Virus record (IMG/VR): IMGVR_UViG_3300038673_000086 | Location: 1 to 26,317 of that record | Source: a virus | Taxonomy: Duplodnaviria; Caudoviricetes | Reading direction: 5' to 3' (one strand) | DNA: 26,317 nucleotides | In this document: positions 6,665 to 16,516 of the stretch, piece by piece | Position numbering within the stretch: position 1 is the first letter of the stretch | How the letters are laid out: each line of letters opens with the position of its first letter | Made by a program: the position numbers and the translations under genes | Notes under the pieces: model-generated | The model's input: only the letters and a program-made list of their open reading frames with translations | Told to the model about the DNA's origin: nothing | Databases searched by the model: none

Positions 6665-8043
6665 TATTCCCACCCTGCTTCTTTTACGATTTTAGCCAGT
6701 TCGTCCCTTGTCCATCCTTTTTTAGATAACTCTCTTATTTTTGCTATGGCATCACCCCTGTTGACTGCATTTTTCAAATAAGTAATCGGTTTTGAAATAT
6801 CCCTATCGGTTGTTTGTACCTGGGGTTGTTTCGATGTTTCTCTTTTGGCATATCTGTCAATTACCGTATCGTTTCTAGCTTGCAGTTCTGAAATTGCGTT
6901 ATCCATTGACTTCAATCTGATTTCAGACTGATTTTTTGTTGCTTTTAAGACTTCTTTTATTTCACGCCACGGCAAAGAACCGTCATGTATTTTATCCCAT
7001 TTTTTCTGTGCATCGACTGATAGCTCCGCAATGCTCGCTTGTGAACCAGTGGATAATTTACCGATTTCCCTTGATACTTCCATGAGGTAAGAAGCTAACG
7101 CCTGTTCCTTACCACTACCCTTGATTTGAGTATTCAATGCCCTTATGGGGACGTTGGCAATTTTGGCGTTTGTTCTGTCAATGTCATTGTAAAGTTTTTC
7201 TATTTCGATTAACTGACCACTGATGTTTTTCACAAAGCTGCTTGCCATATCCCTGTTTTTCTGTTGTGTCTTAATAGATGTTGCGTTTGCTGAAACTTCC
7301 TGTCTGATATTGTTTATATCTTCAGGTCTTAATCCATTTTCCTCTAAAAACTTCTGGGTGTATTCAGCATATTGCTGTGTACTCGCAGCATCTCTGTTAG
7401 AGAATTTATAAGGTTTGCCGGTAAGAATATAATCCTTGACAGCCTTATCCTTGTCTGTCTTGTCCCAATCCCTAAACGATTTATCCGGCAATGTAGTAGT
7501 GGACATAGCGTTTTGAATCTTCCCGTGTATATCCTGATTCCACGGCTCTTTTGTTCCGTCTGGTTTAGATACTTCCCATTGACCTAATGCTTTGTTGAAG
7601 CCGACAGATTGACCACTTGTGGTTACGGCTCCCTGTGAATAGGCACTTGATTTTCGTTGGCTCCAGTACCACTCCGAAAAGTTCTTCATTCCTTCATTGA
7701 ATATTTTTTTCCTCATTTCTTCCTGTTCCGGAGTGCGGTACATGGCAGACCCGAAGTTCCCGCTTTTGTCTAATTCCTCATCAAAGTATTTCGCAAACTT
7801 CACCTGTTCCTGTGCAAATTTCATGGCTTCGTAAGAAGGTTCGTAAGACGTGGGGGGGGTTAGATCGGTATAGATTTGTCCTGAATCTGCTGTCTGCGTT
7901 GGGGAATCTGTGAAGATAGGATTTATTCCCCTGTCAGAAAGTTCCTTTCCGACCATTCCAGCTTCTTCGGGAGAATACCCTTGATAAATAGGATATTTTT
8001 CATTCGGGTCAAATTCAAATCCCAATCTATCTTTAATAGCCAT
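6664..8043 (-). CDS. Probable internal virion/DNA ejection protein (459 aa)
   Basis: Hydrophilic, coiled-coil-rich ORF with GGAG SD; position matches podovirus ejection genes. Function is inferred. Confidence 0.55.
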   Translation of the reverse strand: MAIKDRLGFEFDPNEKYPIYQGYSPEEAGMVGKELSDRGINPIFTDSPTQTADSGQIYTDLTPPTSYEPSYEAMKFAQEQVKFAKYFDEELDKSGNFGSAMYRTPEQEEMRKKIFNEGMKNFSEWYWSQRKSSAYSQGAVTTSGQSVGFNKALGQWEVSKPDGTKEPWNQDIHGKIQNAMSTTTLPDKSFRDWDKTDKDKAVKDYILTGKPYKFSNRDAASTQQYAEYTQKFLEENGLRPEDINNIRQEVSANATSIKTQQKNRDMASSFVKNISGQLIEIEKLYNDIDRTNAKIANVPIRALNTQIKGSGKEQALASYLMEVSREIGKLSTGSQASIAELSVDAQKKWDKIHDGSLPWREIKEVLKATKNQSEIRLKSMDNAISELQARNDTVIDRYAKRETSKQPQVQTTDRDISKPITYLKNAVNRGDAIAKIRELSKKGWTRDELAKIVKEAGWE

Positions 8044-8057
8044 AATTAACTCCGTTT

Positions 8058-8097
8058 ACCGTATAGTTTTTTGTTCAACCGTATAGTTTTTTGTTCA
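8058..8097. repeat. Exact 20-bp tandem duplication
   Basis: ACCGTATAGTTTTTTGTTCA at 8058-8077 and 8078-8097. Confidence 0.97.
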
Positions 8098-9178
8098 ACA
8101 GACTGATACGCTCAATTTCACTATTGAGATAATCATCTCCATACAGTCCAGTAGAATTACTCGAACTGGCTTCACGCCCACCCCATGACAGTCCCTTCCC
8201 TGAAGATGATTTAAGATAAGCCTGAAGTGCTGCATTGTATTCCGCCAAGTCTTTTTGCGCTTCGGTTGTATATTGGGTTTTCTTCCAATCCGCCTGTGTT
8301 GCGTAGTTGGTTTTAGCAGCGTCATATGAAGAAGTATAAGCCAGTTTCTTGGCATCGGTAAGGTTCTGGAAATTCAACTTACTTGCTTCCTGTTCTGCTT
8401 CATAATTTTTCATAGCTTCATTGTACTTAGCCGTGTAGTTCATCTTTGCGGCATCACTTAAATCATTCCACTTCATTTTATATTGGTCATATTGAGCCTC
8501 AAAGTTTGTTTTTGCGGCATCAACGCTGGCTTGGTAGTTAGTCTTGGCGGCGTCTGCTCTGGCAATAAAATTAGTTTTGGCGGCGTCTGCCTCTCTTGAA
8601 TATTCTTCATTATAAAGTCCCCTTGCTGTTGCCGAAGCCGTTGACATTGCACTTTGTAGCCCCTGTCCATAACCGGCTAACGCATCCCGTAGGGTCATCC
8701 TGTTGACATTGGCGTTTTCCCCCTGGTTGTTTTGAACACGTTGAATTGCACTTCTCAAACCACGAATGGCCGATGCTGCCTGTTCCTGTGTAAGTTTTTT
8801 AACTTTTCCTTCGTCATACGTCGGTGCCGTGTATGTTGGAGCAGCGTAGCTTCCAACGCTATAAGTTGGAGCATCTCCAAGTTTACTATAGTCTGGCGAT
8901 GTATATTCAGGAGCATTGAAGGTAGAATTATTTTTATATGTCGGAAGAGTTAATTCGGTATCGTAAGAAAACGTTCCGGGATCGTAATCGCTATTTGATG
9001 TTTTTTTTGATCCTCCCAGTGTAATTCTCTTAGCAGCCGATGGTGTTCGCGAGGAGGAATATCCCATTGCGTCATTGTATTTATCCACAAGGCTCTGTTT
9101 ATAATCACGCGTCATTCCAAACGCCTCAAAAGGGCTTGAAATATCCTCGACAGAAAGATAATCACCATATTTAGCCAC
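8075..9178 (-). CDS. Probable DNA pilot/ejection protein with 11-residue repeats (367 aa)
   Basis: GTG start with AGGAG SD; DAAKTN[FY] repeats with an aromatic residue every 11 aa from 193 to 314; xP[TED]Y repeats at aa ~78-121. Confidence 0.65.
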   Translation of the reverse strand: MAKYGDYLSVEDISSPFEAFGMTRDYKQSLVDKYNDAMGYSSSRTPSAAKRITLGGSKKTSNSDYDPGTFSYDTELTLPTYKNNSTFNAPEYTSPDYSKLGDAPTYSVGSYAAPTYTAPTYDEGKVKKLTQEQAASAIRGLRSAIQRVQNNQGENANVNRMTLRDALAGYGQGLQSAMSTASATARGLYNEEYSREADAAKTNFIARADAAKTNYQASVDAAKTNFEAQYDQYKMKWNDLSDAAKMNYTAKYNEAMKNYEAEQEASKLNFQNLTDAKKLAYTSSYDAAKTNYATQADWKKTQYTTEAQKDLAEYNAALQAYLKSSSGKGLSWGGREASSSNSTGLYGDDYLNSEIERISLLNKKLYG

Positions 9179-9189
9179 TGCCGTTTCTC

Positions 9190-9666
9190 CTATTCGTTAT
9201 AAATTTTAATGTATCTAATGTGGTACTCTAGGGGTGTATCAATAGAGCCTTGTGTGCTGTGAATATATATCCTTGATATTGAATTAAACACATCTGCTGT
9301 ATTAATATACACACCACCACAATAATCTTCGTTGCGATACAGCTTACACCGCCATTGAAGTGATGATATTTTTTTAAATACAAACTTCCATTGTTCGTAT
9401 TCAGCAACCTCCCCGTATAGAGGAGCAATCGTTCCTATGGTGTTCCATAGCGTACCATCTCCGGCACTAATGCTATCAAACTCAAAAAGCACCTCCAGCA
9501 GCGAGGTATCTTCATATTCTGTGTTACTGGAAAATCCCAACCGCAGCAGTTGGTCTTGATCGGCATAGTTGTGCATGGAATCAAACTTGATTTCTGTTTC
9601 AACGGTGAACGTGTTTTTGATAACAATAGAATCATAGTCTTTATACGACCTTCGTACTCCGTTCAT
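9190..9666 (-). CDS. Hypothetical beta-rich protein (158 aa)
   Basis: Fills the operon with an ATGA overlap; alternating hydrophobic pattern suggests a beta-sandwich; no family recognised. Confidence 0.6.
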   Translation of the reverse strand: MNGVRRSYKDYDSIVIKNTFTVETEIKFDSMHNYADQDQLLRLGFSSNTEYEDTSLLEVLFEFDSISAGDGTLWNTIGTIAPLYGEVAEYEQWKFVFKKISSLQWRCKLYRNEDYCGGVYINTADVFNSISRIYIHSTQGSIDTPLEYHIRYIKIYNE

Positions 9667-10082
9667 TCAAAGTCTCCAATAACATAAACATGCAGCTCGC
9701 TTGCGGGAGAAATTTCAAATATATTGGGAGTTCCTATAATAGAACCATGAATCCATCCCGTATCTGTTAAAAATTCTTCAACCAAAACCGGGGTGGCGAT
9801 GATATTACTATCTTCATCGGTAAATAAATCCAATAAATCAAAAAACGGGGAAACGACTGTAGCCACAACAATATCTTCTTCATTGTACGGCGTCTTCTTC
9901 GCCTTCTTAATTCCGGCAAATAAATAGTTCATTTCAGTGTAATCATCGTGTAGATACGGTTGCTTTAAGTCTGGTCTTATCGTGTATCCCTGACTTCTTT
10001 TTTGCTGCTCTGTTATTTCCAGCATATATTCTCCATACGTTTTTGCATTAGAGGCGTATGGTCGTTTGCCGTAATCCGTCAT
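9663..10082 (-). CDS. Hypothetical protein (139 aa)
   Basis: ATGA overlaps with both neighbours; no motif recognised. Confidence 0.65.
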   Translation of the reverse strand: MTDYGKRPYASNAKTYGEYMLEITEQQKRSQGYTIRPDLKQPYLHDDYTEMNYLFAGIKKAKKTPYNEEDIVVATVVSPFFDLLDLFTDEDSNIIATPVLVEEFLTDTGWIHGSIIGTPNIFEISPASELHVYVIGDFE

Positions 10083-13000
10083 TGATTAATGTATTCCTCA
10101 AGATCGACACCGTAATCTAATAAGCACATAGATTCGTTTACTGTGTTGTGGGTAATATTAACGCTGATATTTTGGTCTTTAAAGTTTAGCGGAATCCTAT
10201 GCCTTCTGACCCTTTCACCGGTTTTTTCGGCGGTTAAGGAACGGGTCTTGGCTAAAGAAGATTGAACCACCCCATTGTAGTACGGTGTAATGACTATCGA
10301 TCCCGAAGGTTGTGTCTTTGATCGTATAATCATTTCACAATCCCTTATGACTTTTCCGTTTTTATTAAGCTCTAACGTCGTTTGTGCATTAATAGCGGTA
10401 GTGATGTCATTCAGTCCATTATTTAATATATAGATAAATCCATTAGCCTGTCCACCGGCTAACCGGACTATTGGGGCATTGCCGTATAATGCGTCACACT
10501 CATACTCACACGAAAAATTATTTGCATATGTATCGCACATAAATGTTCTGGTTGTGAGGTCGTATACTAAAAATACATTGTTTTGGGTTGCGCTTCCTGT
10601 CGTTAGGCCTATTTTAAGGATATTAAATGCTGAATCATAATTCAGGTACATATTATGTTCATAGCCGTTTCTTATGCAGTCTGAATCTGTCGGGTCAAAG
10701 TAGTTTTTGACCATATCAAAATTTTCGGCAAATTGAATTTCTTTGCCGGTTGAAACCATGATGCCTTTTTTAGATAAAAAATAAATATTATGCCCACCCA
10801 AAGACGGCTCAATAACCTCTACAGAATTGGCATTCATTGTTCCGTAATAGTTAGAAATATTAATCTTGCCCATATCCTCAACGTCAGACCCCTGCATAAG
10901 GGTTACGCACCCTCCGAGAGAGCCTTTCTCTTCCTGAAAAACAACAAGTTCGTTATAAAAATGTTTCATGTTGACGATCTTGTTGTTTCTGCCATCGCCC
11001 ACTTCCCAAACATAAGTATTGGTGGATGAAATAGACTGAATGTTGGAGGGGTTGACAATGTATAAATAAGAAGGGTCTTTGTCGAAAGCGTAAGCCATTT
11101 TACCCTTCCATCCGCAGCCGCAAAGTCCAGCACCATAATTGTTAATGTCATAATACGGAATAACTTGAATGGATATACTGATGTCATCAGAGAGCGTTTT
11201 ATCGACTGTAAAATAATACCAATAAGCCTGATACCCCGTGGAATTAAACGCAAAAGGCTTAATTCCAGGTTGTCTCATGAATGATACAAATCCAGATTGC
11301 GCTATGCCGTTGCTACCATCCGTAAAATTACTTATTTCGACTCCAGAATCTTCTGATGTTGAATATCCAACACTATTAATTCTGGTTGATGCTGTCGTGT
11401 TTGGCGTCGATCCAACATCAATATAAAATCCAACAATAGGGTCGGCTGTGCTGAAAAATACAACGTCACTAGGAGTTAATGCGCTTATATCTATGGATGT
11501 TGTTCCATAAACGGAATACGGATTTTTGTTTTCTTTTTTGGCAGGAGTCGCCAGCAGACCGACGCTTCCTGTGGTTTGTGAAGATACCGTCCCAACATTT
11601 AAAGGTGCATATTTTTTTGCTGTTGATGTTGCCACTGAATAAACCTGTGCCTCAATAGCATCAACCAAGTCACCATCCCATACATCTTGTAGAGACGTAA
11701 AACCCGACCCATAGGTGCATCCACTTACTTCAACCTGCGAATCCAATGCTGCTGTAAAAGCAACTTTAACGGAAAATGCGTTCCTGCCAAATAGGAATTT
11801 TTCAATATGATCTGTTGTCTGTGTCCACGTTGTTGAGCCATTTTGCCCAAGTGTTTTACCGGATAAAGCCGATCCATCCGTAACAGTAAGATTTTTCCAT
11901 CCCGTTGCTGTCCAATATGATAATGACAAGACAGATGAATTTCCATTGGGATAGGGAAGCGTCCAATTAATTCTGTTAGGCATAACCTCTGCTTGAATAA
12001 TGATACAATCATGGTTAATGCTTAGTGTTGAAGCGGTGTGCGTTCCAGACAGTGCCGTTTTTGTTGTTGCAGTGGTATTGTCGGTAATAGAGTCTATGAT
12101 GTTTGATTCCGAATTTACACCACCGGAAAGGGTCAATCCAGTAAATGAATAATTTCCAGACCCTCCTCCGGGGATTGTTGTTGCAATCGAATTGCCAGAC
12201 GTACCGGAGTTTAGTGCTAAAATTTTTTGAGTTGTATCGGAGTTTGTTGTTGCCCTGACCGTTGAATGAGCGGCGGCAATTTTATATTTTATTCCATCAT
12301 GGGTGTCTGGGTCGGTTCTATTAATAGCCAATTTAAGATTGTCTAATGCCACAGCCAAAGAACCGCCGATTAAGACTTCCCCCTCGGTCGGAGTTAATGC
12401 TGTTTTCCAAGTATATGTTTTGGTGTCTATAACAAGCTGGTCGCCATCAGAAGGTACGTTTGTTCCTGTAATGGTTGACGCAGCGTATCCTTCTATAACA
12501 ATAGGCTGTCCTACCGTTAGCTGGGAAAGAAACTCAGTCCCTATGCCGGTTAATGTTGAACCGGATGATGATACGGTAACTTCGTCGTCATCGCCAACGG
12601 TAGTATAAGTTGTTCCCAGTGAATCCAAGATGGCGTTATTTTGATTCACAGAAGAGTTAATCTCATCAGTATAATCAATACCGTGATCCGTTGGGTAATC
12701 TGGTAATTTTTTTGTATGATTATATACAACGAATCCTTTTATCTTGGCTGTTGTTCCGGCGCATATCTGGTGTTGGTCAACACCATTGGAATAAATAAGC
12801 AAATCGTTCAAAATAGTCCATGTTGCAGGTTTAGAGGAGGCCGTTCCGCTAAATACTTCCGTGCCAAAAACACCGGAAGAAAATGAGGGATAACCGTCCC
12901 CCTGATCTGCCGTAACGGTTCCATTTGTCAATACTTCTCCTGATGTAAACGTACCAGAACGATCTTTAATATAATAACTTGTTGACGATACATTGCATAC

Positions 13001-13393
13001 AATCACACACGTTTTTCCAGATGTTACTCCCGTTATGGTGTCCCCTTCTGACCACGTTGTACTGGGTGCGACATCAAGGGTCATTAATTCTTCGCTTGTT
13101 GGGGGATTGACAGAAGCCTCCAAAACATCCCCATCAGACATTTGAGCATAAAAATGGGTTTCATCAACACTTCCTTTTTTGAACTGAAACATACTCACTA
13201 CAGAATTTGTGGAATCGGCTGTTGTGTGTGCCTTGATATATCCAGGTCTCTGTTTAAAGCCCGGGTGTTTCTGTCTGATGTTTTGAATAAGACTATATGA
13301 CCCGGATGGCAAAACAGCCGGCTCATGGTAGGTGTCCATGCCTCCCTGAAAAGGAATGGTATCAATTTCTGTTAATTTTCTATTCTGTGCCAT
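10079..13393 (-). CDS. Tail nozzle / DNA stabilisation protein (P22 gp10 / T7 gp12-like) with inserted domains (1104 aa)
   Basis: N-terminal FQGGMD...P..LP......IQNI......FKQRPG pattern; beta-propeller-like segments (IYFLSKKGI, FLVYDLTTRTF); follows the adaptor gene. Confidence 0.7.
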   Translation of the reverse strand: MAQNRKLTEIDTIPFQGGMDTYHEPAVLPSGSYSLIQNIRQKHPGFKQRPGYIKAHTTADSTNSVVSMFQFKKGSVDETHFYAQMSDGDVLEASVNPPTSEELMTLDVAPSTTWSEGDTITGVTSGKTCVIVCNVSSTSYYIKDRSGTFTSGEVLTNGTVTADQGDGYPSFSSGVFGTEVFSGTASSKPATWTILNDLLIYSNGVDQHQICAGTTAKIKGFVVYNHTKKLPDYPTDHGIDYTDEINSSVNQNNAILDSLGTTYTTVGDDDEVTVSSSGSTLTGIGTEFLSQLTVGQPIVIEGYAASTITGTNVPSDGDQLVIDTKTYTWKTALTPTEGEVLIGGSLAVALDNLKLAINRTDPDTHDGIKYKIAAAHSTVRATTNSDTTQKILALNSGTSGNSIATTIPGGGSGNYSFTGLTLSGGVNSESNIIDSITDNTTATTKTALSGTHTASTLSINHDCIIIQAEVMPNRINWTLPYPNGNSSVLSLSYWTATGWKNLTVTDGSALSGKTLGQNGSTTWTQTTDHIEKFLFGRNAFSVKVAFTAALDSQVEVSGCTYGSGFTSLQDVWDGDLVDAIEAQVYSVATSTAKKYAPLNVGTVSSQTTGSVGLLATPAKKENKNPYSVYGTTSIDISALTPSDVVFFSTADPIVGFYIDVGSTPNTTASTRINSVGYSTSEDSGVEISNFTDGSNGIAQSGFVSFMRQPGIKPFAFNSTGYQAYWYYFTVDKTLSDDISISIQVIPYYDINNYGAGLCGCGWKGKMAYAFDKDPSYLYIVNPSNIQSISSTNTYVWEVGDGRNNKIVNMKHFYNELVVFQEEKGSLGGCVTLMQGSDVEDMGKINISNYYGTMNANSVEVIEPSLGGHNIYFLSKKGIMVSTGKEIQFAENFDMVKNYFDPTDSDCIRNGYEHNMYLNYDSAFNILKIGLTTGSATQNNVFLVYDLTTRTFMCDTYANNFSCEYECDALYGNAPIVRLAGGQANGFIYILNNGLNDITTAINAQTTLELNKNGKVIRDCEMIIRSKTQPSGSIVITPYYNGVVQSSLAKTRSLTAEKTGERVRRHRIPLNFKDQNISVNITHNTVNESMCLLDYGVDLEEYINQ

Positions 13394-13398
13394 AATTC

Positions 13399-14241
13399 CT
13401 ACACAAACGGAGCAAAGTCATAGAAGAGTTCATCAAGCGAAACATCGCTTATACTTCCGGTGTAACTTCTTAATGTTTCAATAAGGTCTTCTTTGAAGTC
13501 AGATACCTCAGGTATCTTGTTATCCTGAGGAGAAACGACATTGTTTTTAAGCATTATCATCGCCCGTCTCGAAATCAGGTGATGAAACGGCTCTGGAAGT
13601 TCTGATACCGTACCGTAATATTTAGATGCTGCCCCCGTATTAGTAATAGTGGCAACTCTGGCTGAGGTATAATCTGTAATGGTATCATCCCATCCATCTG
13701 TGATATTCTCAATTTTAATGCCATTATAGTAATCTGCTACGGCCTTTGCGGTAGTAGCCAACGTCAACGCCGTTGATCCCCCAGCCGTGGAAACGCCTTG
13801 TGTCAAATCCTTCACGGTCTTATAGTAGAAGAAAGTCAACGCACCATTAGACCCGTCGTCCCGGACTATAGTATTGCCATAACGGTAATACTGGTTCGCC
13901 TGACCTCTTGAGATAGAAAGGTGTTTCTGCTTAATCGAAATGGGATAGATTTTATCCCCGTTAGAATTGATGATATGGGATAGCTTGTGTAAATCAGATG
14001 GGATGGTATAAGAACCACCAGAGCCGGAAACAGAAGAAGAAGTAAAAAACAAGTCGGGGAATCTCTGAAATAACATATTCCATATATATCTCTGGGATTG
14101 ATTTATTTTCCTCACTATATCGGAGTTGTCATAAACTCCCGTTTCCGTTCCGGCCATTAATGCTGCATTGTATTCATTAAGGTCTGTCCTGATTTCTTCC
14201 AGCATGGCATAGCAGTTATGGTGGATATATAAACTTTGCAT
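13399..14241 (-). CDS. Head-tail adaptor-like protein (280 aa)
   Basis: Helical N-terminus (DIVRKINQSQRYIW), YTIPSD and ELPEPFHHLI motifs typical of podovirus adaptors; inserted Thr-rich DYYNG domain. Confidence 0.65.
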   Translation of the reverse strand: MQSLYIHHNCYAMLEEIRTDLNEYNAALMAGTETGVYDNSDIVRKINQSQRYIWNMLFQRFPDLFFTSSSVSGSGGSYTIPSDLHKLSHIINSNGDKIYPISIKQKHLSISRGQANQYYRYGNTIVRDDGSNGALTFFYYKTVKDLTQGVSTAGGSTALTLATTAKAVADYYNGIKIENITDGWDDTITDYTSARVATITNTGAASKYYGTVSELPEPFHHLISRRAMIMLKNNVVSPQDNKIPEVSDFKEDLIETLRSYTGSISDVSLDELFYDFAPFV

Positions 14242-14858
14242 TACTTATCCTTGTGATAATAGTTCATATGTGATTTAAGTTTACTGGCTAAAACCTTTTC
14301 ATCACAAATCGGGCATTGAATCATCGGGTCTTTGTCGTCTTTCGGCTTGATGAACCCTTTGTTGACCTGATCTTTGAGTGAATTAAAGGCTTCCAGCATT
14401 TCTTTTTGCGCCGATGCCATACCCTCAAGTTGTTTCTTGAGTTCTTCGTTCTCTGCGGTGACTTTGGCGACCTGTGCGAGTTCCGTTTTTGCCATTTCGT
14501 AGGGCTTTAAAAGTTCTATGCCTAACTCGACAGCGTACTTTTTGACTTCTTTCGTGGGTGGGTCGTAAGGCTGACCGGAGGCTTTTCTTCGTTCATTTCG
14601 CTCGTTGTAGTGGATGATCTGCCGTTCCTTGAACTCTCTGTTTCTGTCGAGTGCGTCTGCCTTAATCTTGTCCTCGTTAATACTCTTTCCCTCGTCATCG
14701 AATACTAACCTCGTCACCCCTCTTGAACCCAAAGCGTTTAAAACATGGTTGCCTTCTGCTTCTGAAACTCTTTTCTTTTTTCCCGCTTCCAGACGGTAAC
14801 TAAGACCACCGTAAGTGTAATCAAAATCTTCTCCCGTAGGATTCCACAAAAATAACAT
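14241..14858 (-). CDS. Hypothetical protein with coiled coil and C-terminal C2H2-like zinc finger (205 aa)
   Basis: AAGGAG SD; ends CPICDEKVLASKLKSHMNYYH (C-x2-C-x11-H-x4-H). Confidence 0.75.
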   Translation of the reverse strand: MLFLWNPTGEDFDYTYGGLSYRLEAGKKKRVSEAEGNHVLNALGSRGVTRLVFDDEGKSINEDKIKADALDRNREFKERQIIHYNERNERRKASGQPYDPPTKEVKKYAVELGIELLKPYEMAKTELAQVAKVTAENEELKKQLEGMASAQKEMLEAFNSLKDQVNKGFIKPKDDKDPMIQCPICDEKVLASKLKSHMNYYHKDK

Positions 14859-14905
14859 TTCAATCTCCTTTCAATTTGCCCGAACATTCATCTTGGAATT
14901 GTCCG

Positions 14906-16510
14906 TCAAAAGTTATCTACTGCGTTTAATACGTCCTCAACTTCCGGTAGGTATTCCCAAATCGTATGACCTTTTGGAACTTCCTTGACCGCCACAAAAC
15001 TTTCACCGCCATCCTGATAGATAGCGTCCTCGTCCATGATTTTCTTGTAAAGAGCCACGGACTTGTATTCTTTCCGTCCCTGTCTGAACGGGAGTATGTA
15101 ATCAGGGTGCTTGCAGGTGGGGATAAGAACGATGTTGTTATCAAAAGCCCCTGCAATATGAACCGGTGCGGAGTCGTTGGTAATCAGAGTCTTAGCTTTA
15201 CTAATCAAAGCGAACAACTCTTTTAAGTTTAGCTTATCCCTGAAATCCACACACCCTGTCGCATCTACGTCTAGGTAAGAATGGGTCGTGAGCAATTCAC
15301 GCTCTTTGTTCATGTTCTTACCGATTATTCCTACCTTGTAACCCCTGTTCTGAAGCCCCTTAATAATGGCGTTCCAGTATTCCACAGGGAAAGTCTTTGA
15401 TTCCCAACCAACGCCCGGATGTACTAAAACTAAATCTTCGGGGTGATCGAAAATCGAAAGAACTTTCCTCATGTGGTCAGGGGAGAAAGAAAGTTTAATC
15501 TGTTTGTCTTTGTCCGGTATCTGCCGTCCCATTGCACACAACGAAACCCAATCCACGCAATGCACGAAATGGAACGGGATGTTCTGACCGAATTTGCCCC
15601 ACGGTAATTGATGGGTGTTGACCTCTAAAACAGCGTCAAATTCTTGCTTCGGGTAATCTTCGCTTAAATTAATTGGAAGATGCTCAAACACTTCATAGTC
15701 TTTGGACATTAAATAGATATTGTCATCGGGATAGACTTTTTCTCTTATGTATCGAATAACGGGCTCGACCGAAATAACATCCCCGATGCCGCCTAATGCC
15801 CAGATAAATACGTTTCGCTTTGAGAACTCTTGATAGTCCTTAGATTCTTCTAACTTTACAATGTCCCGTTCAAGTTTCTCAAATAACTTATCCCCGTCAC
15901 CGGCATAATGAATGAAATACGAATCTAATCTTGAAATACCGGTGATTCTGTCCATGATGGACATACGGTTGAACTTGTAGTTAAGGGGAAATACCTTGCA
16001 ACCGGAAAGCATGATTTTCATATTAAGGAAAGTCTGCTCTCCGAAATGGTTTCTTAACGGCTTGACTTCCTCAATGACGTTGAAAATGTGCCGGTGTTGC
16101 CTTGAGCAAACCATGACTCCGGTATTGTAGTAGGTCTGCCCGTCATACCTGAACCCCTGCACGTTATAGACTTTCATCACTTCATAGATGCAGATGTGCC
16201 GTGGGGTGTAAGCTCCCTCATTGAATATCCCGAATTGATCTTCAGGAACGAGATCAAAGATATTCGGGGAGTCTTTACGGATAAGAATGTCAGCGTCAAT
16301 AAACGCTATCCTATCGAAGTCTTTTTTAAGCAATTCGTGTATGGAAAATTTCAACCAGTGGGGAGAGGGAAGACTCATTCCCTCATAACCCTTTAGGACA
16401 ATCAGTTCAGCATCACACTTCTCTGCGTAGTCCACAAAAAACGGCTGTGTCTTTTCCCATATCTTCTCATATTTCTCACCGGAAACTATGGTCAGTATGG
16501 CTTTCTTCAT
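14906..16510 (-). CDS. Two-domain glycosyltransferase: GT8-like (GT-A) fused to GT9-like (GT-B) (534 aa)
   Basis: N-half: FIDADILI (DxD), YYNTGVMV, GEQTFLN, FIHYAG. C-half: GGIGDVI, VHPGVGWESKTFP, LITNDSAPVHIAGAF (heptosyltransferase-family signature). Confidence 0.88.
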   Translation of the reverse strand: MKKAILTIVSGEKYEKIWEKTQPFFVDYAEKCDAELIVLKGYEGMSLPSPHWLKFSIHELLKKDFDRIAFIDADILIRKDSPNIFDLVPEDQFGIFNEGAYTPRHICIYEVMKVYNVQGFRYDGQTYYNTGVMVCSRQHRHIFNVIEEVKPLRNHFGEQTFLNMKIMLSGCKVFPLNYKFNRMSIMDRITGISRLDSYFIHYAGDGDKLFEKLERDIVKLEESKDYQEFSKRNVFIWALGGIGDVISVEPVIRYIREKVYPDDNIYLMSKDYEVFEHLPINLSEDYPKQEFDAVLEVNTHQLPWGKFGQNIPFHFVHCVDWVSLCAMGRQIPDKDKQIKLSFSPDHMRKVLSIFDHPEDLVLVHPGVGWESKTFPVEYWNAIIKGLQNRGYKVGIIGKNMNKERELLTTHSYLDVDATGCVDFRDKLNLKELFALISKAKTLITNDSAPVHIAGAFDNNIVLIPTCKHPDYILPFRQGRKEYKSVALYKKIMDEDAIYQDGGESFVAVKEVPKGHTIWEYLPEVEDVLNAVDNF

Positions 16511-16516
16511 TTTTCC

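Noticed and set aside
7852-7859. G8 homopolymer as a phase-variation tract
   Set aside because: In frame (Thr-Pro-Pro), short, and no evidence of length variation from one sequence.
8058-8097. CRISPR array or attachment site
   Set aside because: Only two abutting copies with no spacer, and no cas or integrase gene in the window.
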